A DNA stretch of 64,000 bases from Thermoplasmata archaeon (lineage in GTDB: Archaea > Thermoplasmatota > Thermoplasmata > Lutacidiplasmatales > UBA184), in contig JAKAYT010000001.1 of the NCBI GenBank assembly GCA_021826685.1, positions 14,789 to 78,788 of the forward strand. The letters are read 5' to 3'. The translations under genes were made by a program, and so were the position numbers. Every line of letters begins with the position of its first letter. The stretch's first letter is position 1. This document shows positions 17,354-26,628 of this stretch, one piece after another. Below the pieces are notes generated by a model. The model did not search any database. It was given only the letters and a program-made list of their open reading frames with translations, and had not been told where the DNA came from.

Positions 17354-17925
17354 GGCACCCTCTTCAGACCGGCCTTGAACCCCACCCAGTTGAATCCCAC
17401 GTGGAGCAGCAACGTCAGCAGCACGACCCATATGATGGCTTCCCAGTTCACGAACGTCGCGATGAACAGCGCGGGGTAGACCGCGAACCCGAGCGCGATC
17501 GGGACCAGGACAAACGGGAACTGGTCGAGCAGCCACACTCGCGAGCCGCTGGGCCGGTCGATTCGACGCTTGACGAACGAGCCGACCGCGTCGCCGATCA
17601 TCGCCCCGAAGGCGATCACGGCGACGACCGGGATCGCGGCCACGACGCTCGGCGCGAACCGGGGAACCACCGCGAGGTTCGGCGGTGCGAGGAGGATCAC
17701 CCAAGCCTCGACCAGCCCGACGACGACACCGAGGGCCGAGCCGACGAAGAACCCGGACCAGGTCTTCGACGGGCCGAGGATCCGACGGCGGTCCCAAGGC
17801 CAGCTCCGCCCGAAATCCATCGCGGGCCCCGCGCCCCGGGGAAGGGTCGCGAGAGCATTCGCGCTAAACGCGGGCAACAACACCCAGATGACCGCCGCGA
17901 GGCTGGCGATCGGCTGCGGAAGCAC
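17347..17925 (-). CDS. carS: CDP-archaeol synthase (CarS/DUF46 family)
   Basis: The 192-aa polytopic membrane ORF carries GPSKTWSGFFVG and SFVKRR...LLDQ, which match the CarS pattern as I recall it. Confidence 0.7.
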   Translation of the reverse strand: MLPQPIASLAAVIWVLLPAFSANALATLPRGAGPAMDFGRSWPWDRRRILGPSKTWSGFFVGSALGVVVGLVEAWVILLAPPNLAVVPRFAPSVVAAIPVVAVIAFGAMIGDAVGSFVKRRIDRPSGSRVWLLDQFPFVLVPIALGFAVYPALFIATFVNWEAIIWVVLLTLLLHVGFNWVGFKAGLKRVPW

Positions 17926-17937
17926 GAAACGAGCTCC

Positions 17938-19575
17938 TTAGAGGCCCAGGACGAAGCGGCGCATCACCTCGACCACGCCCGCGAAGCGTACCGGGTCGAG
18001 GCTCTCCTCGGCCTCGTGGATGTGCGCGGCTCGATCCATGCTCCCAAAAACGAGGGCGGGCAGAGGCTCGCCCGCCGGGGTGGTAAGGCCCCGCACCGAA
18101 CTCGCGTCGGTCCCGCCGTACTCGCCGAAGATACCCGGCTCATGGAAAACGTCGCGCATGATCGCGGCAAGCCGCATCACCATCGGATGGTCGACCGGAA
18201 GCGCGTAACCGGGCCGGCACCGGCCCGGGGGAGCCACGACGCGTGCGACGGGGAGCGTATCCCGGATCCACGGAGCGAGCGAAGCAAACACCGCCTCGGT
18301 CCCCGGCGCGAGCTCCATTTCGGGTGGAAGGCGCAGATCCACGACGAAGGCCGGGTCGCCCGGGGCACTCGGTTCGATCCAATCTCGGTTGGCTGCCGCC
18401 TTCAAGAGGTCGATCGCCGCCGGAACGGGGTTGTGGGCCCGGTGCGGGTAGCCTCCATGCCCGCTGAGCCCTACGAGCGAGATCGAGGGTACTCCGGGCG
18501 GAACGCGAGCGCCCGTGGCGGTGACCGGCTCGACGTGGAACGGAGCGGAAACGAGGGAGGCAAGCCGCGTGGGTAGATCGGCAATCGCGTCCGGGGGGCC
18601 GTCGAAGGCGATCGTCACCGAGCGGGCGATCTGGTTCGCGGCCTCGGTCTCGGTGTGAACGAGCGCCACCCTGGGCCGAGCGCCCGCCGGTCCAATGGAC
18701 GTGAGATCGAACTTGGTCACGGTGGCCCGGCCGGTGACCACCGGCTCGGGAGCGCCGAAGGCGGGCCAGTCCTCGCTCTTCAGCGCGGAACGCCAGGTCC
18801 GGGCGAGCCCGTCGAGTTGGACGAGACGCTCGCCGTAGGCCAACGTCTGCGCGAGGGTGACCGGTCCATCGGCGGTCGCGTCGAGGAACGCCACCCCCGA
18901 CGAGCCGGCGGTGGTGTGGGGGCTACCGTCCGGGATCAGCACGACATCGGCGCGGAGGATCCGTTCGGGGTCGTCCGGGGGAAGCACAGCGTCGTGCTCT
19001 CGAATGGCATCGATCCCGCCCGCGCCACCGGTCTCTTCGTCGCAGCAAACGAGGAGGCGGACGTTCACCCGGAGCGACTTCTCCCGAGAGAGTGACGTGA
19101 GCGCGGTGAGGCCCCCGACCACGCCGCTCCCGAGGTCGTCGTTCGACCCGCGGCCGTACAGGCGGCCGTCTTCGCGCGCCGTCAGGGAAAAGGGGGGGCT
19201 CTTCCAATACGAACGCTGTTCCTCGGGGACCGGCACGACGTCGAAGTGCGCCATGATCAGCGCCCAACGGTTGGCTCCGACGTCCAGGTCGATGATCCCG
19301 TTCGGGCGCGGGCCTTCCCCCGAGATCTGGCCGTGGAACGACGGGTCGGCCGTGGGGTCGTAGATGCGGGTCGCGAAACCTCGTTCGCGGGCGGTCCGCA
19401 GGATGCGATCCATCGCCGCAACGTAGTGGGGCTTCTCCCAGCGGCCGTGCGCCGGGTCCTCCAGGTTCGTCGGCGCGATCGAGACGAGCGAGCTGAGCAG
19501 ATCGAGCGCTTCGGGGTCTCCCATCGACTTCGCCGCGCGCGCGAGCGCGGTTGATCCCTCTTCCCGCCTCATCAT
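17938..19575 (-). CDS. M20 family metallopeptidase/deacylase (ArgE/DapE/CPG2-like)
   Basis: MAHFDVVPV, GRGSNDDLGSGV and CCDEETGGAGG are M20 metal-ligand motifs. At 545 aa the protein is longer than typical family members. Confidence 0.75.
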   Translation of the reverse strand: MMRREEGSTALARAAKSMGDPEALDLLSSLVSIAPTNLEDPAHGRWEKPHYVAAMDRILRTARERGFATRIYDPTADPSFHGQISGEGPRPNGIIDLDVGANRWALIMAHFDVVPVPEEQRSYWKSPPFSLTAREDGRLYGRGSNDDLGSGVVGGLTALTSLSREKSLRVNVRLLVCCDEETGGAGGIDAIREHDAVLPPDDPERILRADVVLIPDGSPHTTAGSSGVAFLDATADGPVTLAQTLAYGERLVQLDGLARTWRSALKSEDWPAFGAPEPVVTGRATVTKFDLTSIGPAGARPRVALVHTETEAANQIARSVTIAFDGPPDAIADLPTRLASLVSAPFHVEPVTATGARVPPGVPSISLVGLSGHGGYPHRAHNPVPAAIDLLKAAANRDWIEPSAPGDPAFVVDLRLPPEMELAPGTEAVFASLAPWIRDTLPVARVVAPPGRCRPGYALPVDHPMVMRLAAIMRDVFHEPGIFGEYGGTDASSVRGLTTPAGEPLPALVFGSMDRAAHIHEAEESLDPVRFAGVVEVMRRFVLGL

Positions 19576-19591
19576 CTCTCCGGCAGCCTCC

Positions 19592-21325
19592 TTAGTGAGC
19601 GAGCGCGAACAGGACGACCAGCGAGCTCGCGAGCAGGAGAAGCAAGGTCATCACAAGAGAGTTCCCTAGCATCGAGACCGTGTCGCTGATGGCGGTCAGC
19701 AGACGCGACGTGAACCCGGGACCAAGGACGAGGACGCCGGTCACTGGCGCGCGACCGCTCGCGACCTCGACGGTACGGAGGTTGGCGAGGGCGCTGCGCA
19801 CGGTCGCCTCCGCATCTGCGATCAGCGCCTCTTTCGGATACCGGCCCCCCACCGGGTTCGTGGATCCGTCGGCTTCGTGCACGACGTGGTTGTCCGTCGT
19901 CATGATCTCGGCCGAGTCCACGATCGTTCGCAACCGGGCGACGATCGGATCGCGCATCCCCTGTACCAGGTTGTTGCCATCGACCAGTACATACGCCGAG
20001 GTGGTTCCCGCGGTTCGGACCACGAGGGCCCGCATGCCTTCGCCCGCGATCCCATCCCGCGCGATGTCGTATCCGCGCATCACCGCGGCCCCGACTTCGA
20101 TTTCGGACTCTCTCGAAGCCGCCATGGCCTGGCGGACGGCGGCTTTCGCGTCGCGTACGAGGCGTTCCGCGAGCGGCGTCGCATAGGCCACATCGCCCTG
20201 CCCCTCGACGTAGGAGTTGTGAGCGTCGATGAGGGCCACCCGCACGCCGCACGCGGTCTCGACCTCGCGCACGAGACGGTCGGCGACCGCGTAGGAGATG
20301 TCGTCGGTCGGGGCCGGAGCCTGGGTCACGAGCACCATCGCACAGTCTCCCACGATCTGGGCCCGAGCGAGGCTTCCTTCGTACGGCTCGACCAGCGGAC
20401 TTCCGCGGCGGGGCCCCGGTGTGGCCGCGATCAACTCGAAGAGCGCACGTGTCGCGGAGGTCATCTTCTCGGTTTCGGCCTGCGACGGTAGATCGAGGTC
20501 GTGGTCGCACGGCGTGTGCGGAACGAACACGACCCCCGCCGACGAGCCCAGTGCCTCCACCATCTTCCGTGGGAGGTCGCTCGCCCCGATTGCTCCGAAG
20601 GGCCCGGGATGGACAGTCGGCAGGGCGATGGTCGCCGTCGCGCCCCGGGGGGTACCGAAGCGGACGGCCGTCACGTTGAGGTCGGCCGGCTGGGCCGACT
20701 TCAGGAAGAACGCCTCGATCATCCCCGTCGCCTCGGGGTCGCGACGGTTCACATGGTCCAGAAGCGGTCGCATCATCGACAGGCCCGAGCTCTGAAAGCC
20801 GTGCTGAAGGGGGCGATCCACGACCCGTAGGAGCAGCAGCGCGCACAGGAAGCCTAGGACCAGGAAAACTATCGCTGCGATCGCGAGCCCGAGGGACACA
20901 GGTACAAGGAAGAACAGCAAGAGGATCGCGAGGACCGGTTGGACCGCGGCGGGTACGATCGAGCGCGGGTGATGGGCGCTCGACACTCCATAGAGCGTCA
21001 GGTGGCGGAACCACAGGGCCGGGGCCTGCAGAAACAGAAGGATCGCCCAGACGCCCGGACCGTAGGAGGGCACGAGGAGGAGGCCCAAGCGGCCCGCGGC
21101 CGCGATGGGCAATTCGATGAGGAGCACCATCACGACGAGGAAGAAGCTCCGCTGCAGCTCGAAGCGGCCCTTGCATACGCGGGCGAGCGGGGGAGTGAGG
21201 GCGCCGGCCACGAGCGCGGGAATGAGGAACACGAGGACGAAGGTCGAGGTCATCTCGCTCCAGTTCGGTCCCCAGAGGACCAGCGCCGCGGCGATCGAAA
21301 GCACGACCGCGAGCAGGGCGGACAC
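19592..21325 (-). CDS. Membrane protein with large C-terminal soluble domain (DUF2070-like)
   Basis: 577 aa, with about 6-7 N-terminal TM helices. The soluble domain carries VHPGPFG, FVPHTPCDHD and TTDNHVV, followed by a final TM helix. The family name comes from memory. Confidence 0.5.
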   Translation of the reverse strand: MSALLAVVLSIAAALVLWGPNWSEMTSTFVLVFLIPALVAGALTPPLARVCKGRFELQRSFFLVVMVLLIELPIAAAGRLGLLLVPSYGPGVWAILLFLQAPALWFRHLTLYGVSSAHHPRSIVPAAVQPVLAILLLFFLVPVSLGLAIAAIVFLVLGFLCALLLLRVVDRPLQHGFQSSGLSMMRPLLDHVNRRDPEATGMIEAFFLKSAQPADLNVTAVRFGTPRGATATIALPTVHPGPFGAIGASDLPRKMVEALGSSAGVVFVPHTPCDHDLDLPSQAETEKMTSATRALFELIAATPGPRRGSPLVEPYEGSLARAQIVGDCAMVLVTQAPAPTDDISYAVADRLVREVETACGVRVALIDAHNSYVEGQGDVAYATPLAERLVRDAKAAVRQAMAASRESEIEVGAAVMRGYDIARDGIAGEGMRALVVRTAGTTSAYVLVDGNNLVQGMRDPIVARLRTIVDSAEIMTTDNHVVHEADGSTNPVGGRYPKEALIADAEATVRSALANLRTVEVASGRAPVTGVLVLGPGFTSRLLTAISDTVSMLGNSLVMTLLLLLASSLVVLFALAH

Positions 21326-21404
21326 GGCGGGCGACGGAGCGCGTAGGAGCAGGTTGCTCGTCTTGGGCGGGCGATGGTCTCCGCCGGAAGGGCGCAGTAA
21401 ATCG

Positions 21405-22172
21405 CTAGCGGCCAGGAGTACGCTTCACCTCCGCTAGGATCGCGCGGAACCGCGGGCCGATCCCTTCCGCTTCGGCAATCGTCCCGGTGACGAGCACCTC
21501 GGCTCCCGCGTCCAAGAGGCGCCGGGCCTCCGGGCCGGAGCGGATGCCCCCGCCGACGATCAAGGGGACCGAAAGAACCGAGCGCACGGCGCGGACCATC
21601 TCGGCCGGCACGGGAGCCGGGGCACCGGATCCGGCCTCGAGGTAGACCCATCGCATCCCGAGCATCTCGGCCGCGAGGGCGTACCCCTGAGCTCCCGCAA
21701 CGTCGGCCCGATCGATCGCGTCGACCTGGCCCACCTCCCCGACGCGCATCCCGGGTGCGATGACGATGTATCCCATCGGTACGGCTTCGAGCCCCAACTT
21801 CCGGATCGCGAGGGCGGTTCGCGCGTGGGTCCGGATGACGAGGTCGAGGTTTCGCGAGTTGAGGAGGCTCATGAAGAAGATCGTGTGGGCCTCGGGCGAG
21901 AGCGACCCCGGTCCCTCGGGGAAGATGATCGTCGGGGCCCGGACGGTCCCCCGGACCGCCCTCGCAGTCGCGTCCATCCGTTCGGGAGAAATACCGGTCG
22001 ATCCGCCGAGCATGATGCCCGACGAACCGAGCGCGATCGCTCCGCGGGCGAGTGCGGCGCTCTCCTCGGGACTGGACTTCTCCGGATCGATGAGAGTGAG
22101 ATGGATGGGTCCGCGCTCCAACTGATCGAGAAGGCCCCGTTCCACCGGCCCGATTCGGATCTCGCGGGTCAC
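21405..22172 (-). CDS. Geranylgeranylglyceryl phosphate synthase (PcrB/GGGPS family)
   Basis: A GTG start gives VTREIRIG...IHLTLIDPEK...YLEAGSGA...LIVGGGIRS, the typical GGGPS pattern. The longer ORF-track entry (to 23282) is a read-through artefact. Confidence 0.85.
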   Translation of the reverse strand: MTREIRIGPVERGLLDQLERGPIHLTLIDPEKSSPEESAALARGAIALGSSGIMLGGSTGISPERMDATARAVRGTVRAPTIIFPEGPGSLSPEAHTIFFMSLLNSRNLDLVIRTHARTALAIRKLGLEAVPMGYIVIAPGMRVGEVGQVDAIDRADVAGAQGYALAAEMLGMRWVYLEAGSGAPAPVPAEMVRAVRSVLSVPLIVGGGIRSGPEARRLLDAGAEVLVTGTIAEAEGIGPRFRAILAEVKRTPGR

Positions 22173-23104
22173 CGGAACGCCACCGCCAAGAAAGCCAGGA
22201 GGGCGACCGCCATCGCCCCTTTGCTCACGGTCTGCTCCCAGTGGAGGCGCGATGGCAGGTAGGCCACGGACACGACGAAGATCGCATCGGCGGCGAGGAC
22301 GAGGGCGAGGTACATAATCCCGACTACGGAGCCGACGGAGACGTACCAGAACAACGGCGCGAAGCTCAGGGCGATCGCGGCTCCGATCGATGCCCGGGCC
22401 GACGCGGTCGCGAACGGCACGCCCCGAGCCATCGGTAACGTTCGGCGTCCGACGTCCCCAGCCATATCCTCGATGTCCTTGGTGATCTCGCGGGCGAGCG
22501 TCGCGAGGAAGGCCATGCCGACGAACGGTAGGACGGTCACCGGGGCTCCGGCCGCGGTTCCCCCGTACAGAAATACAAGGCCCGTCAGCAGCGCAACGAG
22601 TGCGTTCCCCTCCAATCCTTGCGCCTTCCAGCGCAGCTCGTAGACGACGAGCGATCCCACGGCGACCAAGAAGATCGCCGCGAGGAGCGGATGCGTCGTC
22701 ACGACCGGAACGATGAGCAACCCTCCGACCACGAACAGGGCGACCGCGAGACGACGCGCCCCGTCGATCGTGAACTCGCCGCGCACGAGGGGCCGATCCG
22801 GGTGGTTGGTCCGATCGGTCGTCACGTCCAAGACGTCGTTGAGCACGTTGCCCGCCGCGGTCACGCACGCGGTGGAGAGCGCCGCGAGGGCGATCGGCCA
22901 CCAAAACGAAAAGGAGAACGGAACGCCGAACCCCGCCGCCGCGAGCCCGCCGACGATCGTCCCGGCGAACGAGACCCCCACGTTCCCGATCCGAACGAGG
23001 CGCAGGATCGGCGGCACGGCTTCGGAGGGGCGACCGCGCGCCTTTAATGGTTCTGGCCCAGGCCCGGTCGCCCTTCGGAGGTCGTTCCTTGAAGTCCCAG
23101 CCAC
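22169..23104 (-). CDS. UbiA-family prenyltransferase, digeranylgeranylglyceryl phosphate synthase-like
   Basis: It has the Asp-rich motif NVLNDVLDVTTDRTNHPDRP and about 8 TM segments. An alternative GTG at 23017 (VPPILRLVRIGN) would be leaderless from the TATA at 23043-23048 and would remove a 5'-5' overlap with the next gene. Confidence 0.8.
   Translation of the reverse strand: MAGTSRNDLRRATGPGPEPLKARGRPSEAVPPILRLVRIGNVGVSFAGTIVGGLAAAGFGVPFSFSFWWPIALAALSTACVTAAGNVLNDVLDVTTDRTNHPDRPLVRGEFTIDGARRLAVALFVVGGLLIVPVVTTHPLLAAIFLVAVGSLVVYELRWKAQGLEGNALVALLTGLVFLYGGTAAGAPVTVLPFVGMAFLATLAREITKDIEDMAGDVGRRTLPMARGVPFATASARASIGAAIALSFAPLFWYVSVGSVVGIMYLALVLAADAIFVVSVAYLPSRLHWEQTVSKGAMAVALLAFLAVAFR
23043..23048. 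promoter_or_regulatory. Shared A/T box (TTTAAT) between divergent DGGGPS and M16 genes
   Basis: It is the only A/T-rich element in the divergent region. It lies 26-29 nt from GTG 23017 on the minus strand. Confidence 0.4.
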
Positions 23105-24411
23105 CTAGGTTCCGTCGCCCGACCCTCGAAGGTTTCCATCTACCGAACGGGCTTGAGGTCTGGCTGGCGCCGATTCCTTCGAGCCCGACTTCGAGCGTCT
23201 GGGTCTGGTACCGAGTGGGTTCGAAGAACGAACGCCCCGGAATCACCGGCGCCTCGCACTGGGTCGAGCACATGCTTTTCACGGGGTCGCCACGATATCG
23301 GAAGGGGGAGATTGACCGGGCGATCGTCTCCGTCGGGGGGACTCTGAACGCCTTTACCAGCTACGATGTGACCGCCTACTATTCCACGGTCCCGCGCGAG
23401 TTTCTCGACGTCCCTCTGGACATCGAGTCCGACCGGCTCACCCGAGCGGCGATCACCGACCCCGAGACCGACCGCGAACGTTCGGTCGTTCTTTCCGAAC
23501 GCGAGAGGAACGAGAACTGGCCGGAGTTCCGGGTCGAGGAGGAACTGCAGGCGCTCGCGTTCCGGCACCATCCGTACCGCTGGGACCCACTGGGTTACCG
23601 GCGGGACATCGAATCGATGACCGGGTCCCAGCTACGAGAGTACTATCGGCGCTTCTACGGTCCGCGCAATGCCGTGCTCATCGTCGCGGGAGGTTTCGAG
23701 CCTCGCCGGACGCGGCGTGAAATCGTCCGCCGTTTCGGCCCGCTTCCGACCACCGGGGAGGACCCGCGCGTACGGATCGAGGAACCGATGGCCCGTGGCG
23801 AGCGACGGGCCAAGTTGACGGGACCCGGCACCACTCCGCTCCTCGAGATAGGGTACCGAGCGCCGTCCGTGTTCGATGCGCAGACTCCTTCGACCCTCCT
23901 GCTCGATGCGATCTTCGGTGGGGATGCCTGGCTCTTCGGGACCGGCGGCGGCTGGGGGCGGGCGAAGGAGCACCCGAGCTCCCGACTATACCGGAGCCTG
24001 GTCGATGCTGGGCTCGCGGTGCGAGCGGTCTCCGAGTTCCACCCACGGGTGCATCCTTCGCTGTTCACCACCACGGTCCTGAGCGCGCCCGGAGTCCGGT
24101 TAGATCGCGTGGAAGGAACGGTCGATGCGGCGATGGAGGAGCTGAAGCGCACCGGCCCTACCCGGGAGGAGATGCGGGAAGCGCGACTCCGAATCGCGCG
24201 CGGAGCCGCCCTTGCCTACGAAGGCGCCAGCCGAACCGCGTTCCGGGTGGGATGGTTCGCCTCGATGCGGTCGCCGACGTTCGAGCGGGAGCTGTACGGC
24301 CGTATCCTTAAGGTCCGCGCGAACGAGGTGCGGGAGGCGGCTCGAGCCATCTTCGATCCTTCTTCCCGGGTCATCGTCACCTACGAGCCCACCTCCCCGG
24401 GGGACCCGTGA
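23047..24411 (+). CDS. M16 family zinc peptidase (catalytic subunit)
   Basis: The inverted zinc motif HWVEH lies in GASHWVEHMLFTGS. The start is uncertain (ATG 23047 or TTG 23089). Confidence 0.8.
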   Translation: MVLAQARSPFGGRSLKSQPPRFRRPTLEGFHLPNGLEVWLAPIPSSPTSSVWVWYRVGSKNERPGITGASHWVEHMLFTGSPRYRKGEIDRAIVSVGGTLNAFTSYDVTAYYSTVPREFLDVPLDIESDRLTRAAITDPETDRERSVVLSERERNENWPEFRVEEELQALAFRHHPYRWDPLGYRRDIESMTGSQLREYYRRFYGPRNAVLIVAGGFEPRRTRREIVRRFGPLPTTGEDPRVRIEEPMARGERRAKLTGPGTTPLLEIGYRAPSVFDAQTPSTLLLDAIFGGDAWLFGTGGGWGRAKEHPSSRLYRSLVDAGLAVRAVSEFHPRVHPSLFTTTVLSAPGVRLDRVEGTVDAAMEELKRTGPTREEMREARLRIARGAALAYEGASRTAFRVGWFASMRSPTFERELYGRILKVRANEVREAARAIFDPSSRVIVTYEPTSPGDP

Positions 24412-25670
24412 GCTCGACGCGCGATTCCCTCGCCGTGGAGGTCCCGGAGCCCATCGACGGGTTGCGGGTCGCACTCCAACCTGCACCGGCGCTCTCGGCC
24501 AGCGTCGCGATCACGTTCCTCGCCTCCGCGGGATCCGGTCGGGATCCCCCGGGCCGGGAAGGGGCGGCCCTGTTCACCCTCGAGAGCGCCCGCGTGGCCG
24601 CCGGACCATGGCGGCGGGCAGAGCTCGCACGCCGTCTCGACCGGCTGGGAGCGACGATCACCACCCACTTCGGGCCGGAAAGCTCGGAGATCACGGTCTG
24701 GGGCCCCGCCGATGCCTGGGAAGGGCTGCTCGAGACGCTGGCTCGCGTGGTCCTAGAGCCTCGCTTCGATCCGGAGGATGTCGTCAAAGTACGTAGAGAG
24801 ATGGCCGAGCGCCAGCTGAGGGAGCGCACGCAGCCCGATCGGCGTGCCGAGCTCGAGCTCTTCCATGCGATCTTCCCCCGAGGGCACCCGTATCGCGAGA
24901 CCGGGGCGGGCTCCCCGCGCTCGCTCGAAAGCCTGGATCGGGAGCAGATCCGGCGGTTCCATCGTCGTCACTATGTCGCCAGCGAAGCCGGGGTCGTCAT
25001 GACGTCCAATGTATCTTCGGATCGAGCCCGACGGGCCATCGCACGCGCCTTCCGGGACCTCGATCGCCGCGCACGCCTCGATCCCGTTCCCGTCCCTCCG
25101 CCCCGAGCCCGCGGCCCCGAAGTCCGGGTTCGCATCTCCGGTCTCACCGACGTCCACGTGAGGATCGGGGGGCCGTCCCTCCCTCGTTCGGATCCGGAGT
25201 ATCCGGCGCTCGATCTCGCCCACGAGATCCTTGGCGGCCGACCGGTCCTGAATCGGCTGTTCCAGAACGTTCGTGAGAAGCACGGCCTCGCCTACCATGC
25301 GTCCGGGGAACTCGAGAGCATGGCCTGGGGAGGCTACTGGGCGGTCGACGCGGGGAGTGCACCGAAGAACTGGGAGCGGACGCGGGACGCGCTCCGCGCC
25401 GAGGTCGCGCGTCTTGCGGAGCGCGCCCCGTCGTGCCCGGAGCTCGATCTCATCCGGGAGAGCGCGATCGGAGAGATCCCTCTCTCTCTCGAAACCACGC
25501 TCGAGGCGCACGATCTCGCGGTCGACCTGGCCTACCATCGCCTCCCGCCGGACTTCTGGAAGACCTGGCCGGCCGTGCTGAGACGCGTGCGTCCGGACGA
25601 AGTCCGTGCGGCGGCGCAGCGCGGACTGGATCTCGAACGGTCGCGGACGATCGTGGTCGGAGCGATCTAG
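24408..25670 (+). CDS. M16 family peptidase-like protein lacking the HxxEH motif (non-catalytic partner)
   Basis: The 420-aa ORF has M16-like architecture but no HxxEH motif. It is coupled to the upstream gene through a GTGA overlap. Confidence 0.7.
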   Translation: MSSTRDSLAVEVPEPIDGLRVALQPAPALSASVAITFLASAGSGRDPPGREGAALFTLESARVAAGPWRRAELARRLDRLGATITTHFGPESSEITVWGPADAWEGLLETLARVVLEPRFDPEDVVKVRREMAERQLRERTQPDRRAELELFHAIFPRGHPYRETGAGSPRSLESLDREQIRRFHRRHYVASEAGVVMTSNVSSDRARRAIARAFRDLDRRARLDPVPVPPPRARGPEVRVRISGLTDVHVRIGGPSLPRSDPEYPALDLAHEILGGRPVLNRLFQNVREKHGLAYHASGELESMAWGGYWAVDAGSAPKNWERTRDALRAEVARLAERAPSCPELDLIRESAIGEIPLSLETTLEAHDLAVDLAYHRLPPDFWKTWPAVLRRVRPDEVRAAAQRGLDLERSRTIVVGAI

Positions 25671-26491
25671 CGGGCCGACCCGCGCACCGGAGCCAAGCCT
25701 TCGCGAAGCCGCGGGCCCGCGCCTTTCCAGTTGGGCAGCTCGCTGTCCTGGGCCCGTGCGAAGAGGATGCCTTCCGCCCCGGGCGTCAGCGCATAGGCGC
25801 TCGCCACAATCCCGGGGGCGAGCTTCTCCAACGCGTGCCGGCTCAAGAGGTGGCCGAACGCCCAATGCCGGCGCCGCACGAGGTCCGAGAAGTAGGGCGC
25901 ATAGTGCCCGCCCCCTACCCCGAGCGCCACGTGATCGCTCGGGTCCTCGGCCAGCTCGGGCAAGATCGTCGCAAGAGCGCGGACCGAAGGCTCGGGAGGC
26001 TCGGGACGCTCGCCATAGCCAATTTCGACGAAGAAGGCCGGATGCCCGAGCTCGGGACCGTGGTGTGTCGCCTCGTAGCTCGCGGGAACGCCCAAGGACG
26101 AACCAACGTCTTGGAGGCGGCGCAGCGCGTCCGCCATCCGGCGGGGGTCGGTCGGAACGAGCACACCCGGCCGACCTCCAACATCGGCGGAAGCGCCGGG
26201 ATTGCCGAGCGGATGCACGGTGAGCGACTCGATGCCCCGCTCGCTGCGGTGGATCGATGGAAAGACCAGGGGAGTCCTTCGCAACCTCATGCTTTCCGGT
26301 AGTCGCGCGTCCAAGCGATCATCACGAACGTGGACTACGGTTCGACGCAGTAGGCCAGCCCGCGGGGATAGAGTACGGATGGGTACCCCATCTACGTGAT
26401 CCCCCCGGGAGGGCGGGGTTCCCCACCGTTCGGCCACGCGGACCGCGACCGGGTCGGCCTCGGAGACGACCACCAAGTACTCGATCTCCAT
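25667..26491 (-). CDS. dtdA: Archaeal-type D-aminoacyl-tRNA deacylase
   Basis: 274 aa, with FPSIHRSE...LTVHPLGN, YEATHHGP and GVGGGHYAP, which match the DtdA/DTD2 pattern. Confidence 0.75.
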   Translation of the reverse strand: MEIEYLVVVSEADPVAVRVAERWGTPPSRGDHVDGVPIRTLSPRAGLLRRTVVHVRDDRLDARLPESMRLRRTPLVFPSIHRSERGIESLTVHPLGNPGASADVGGRPGVLVPTDPRRMADALRRLQDVGSSLGVPASYEATHHGPELGHPAFFVEIGYGERPEPPEPSVRALATILPELAEDPSDHVALGVGGGHYAPYFSDLVRRRHWAFGHLLSRHALEKLAPGIVASAYALTPGAEGILFARAQDSELPNWKGAGPRLREGLAPVRGSAR

Positions 26492-26628
26492 CGCGTCCGT
26501 GCTCGGTGCGAGGACCTACCTGCCGCAGCAGATAGAACCTCCGCCGAGCGGTCGTCGCGTCTTCGAGAACCCCATCCCGGAGGCATCCCCTCGGAGGGGT
26601 CGTGCTCTCCGCGCGCGGTTCCAAGAGG

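Noticed and set aside
21405-23282. 625-aa ORF-track entry
   Set aside because: Only the last roughly 255 codons (from GTG 22172) are GGGPS-like. The upstream part is an out-of-frame read through the UbiA-family gene, which is encoded in another frame (22169-23104).
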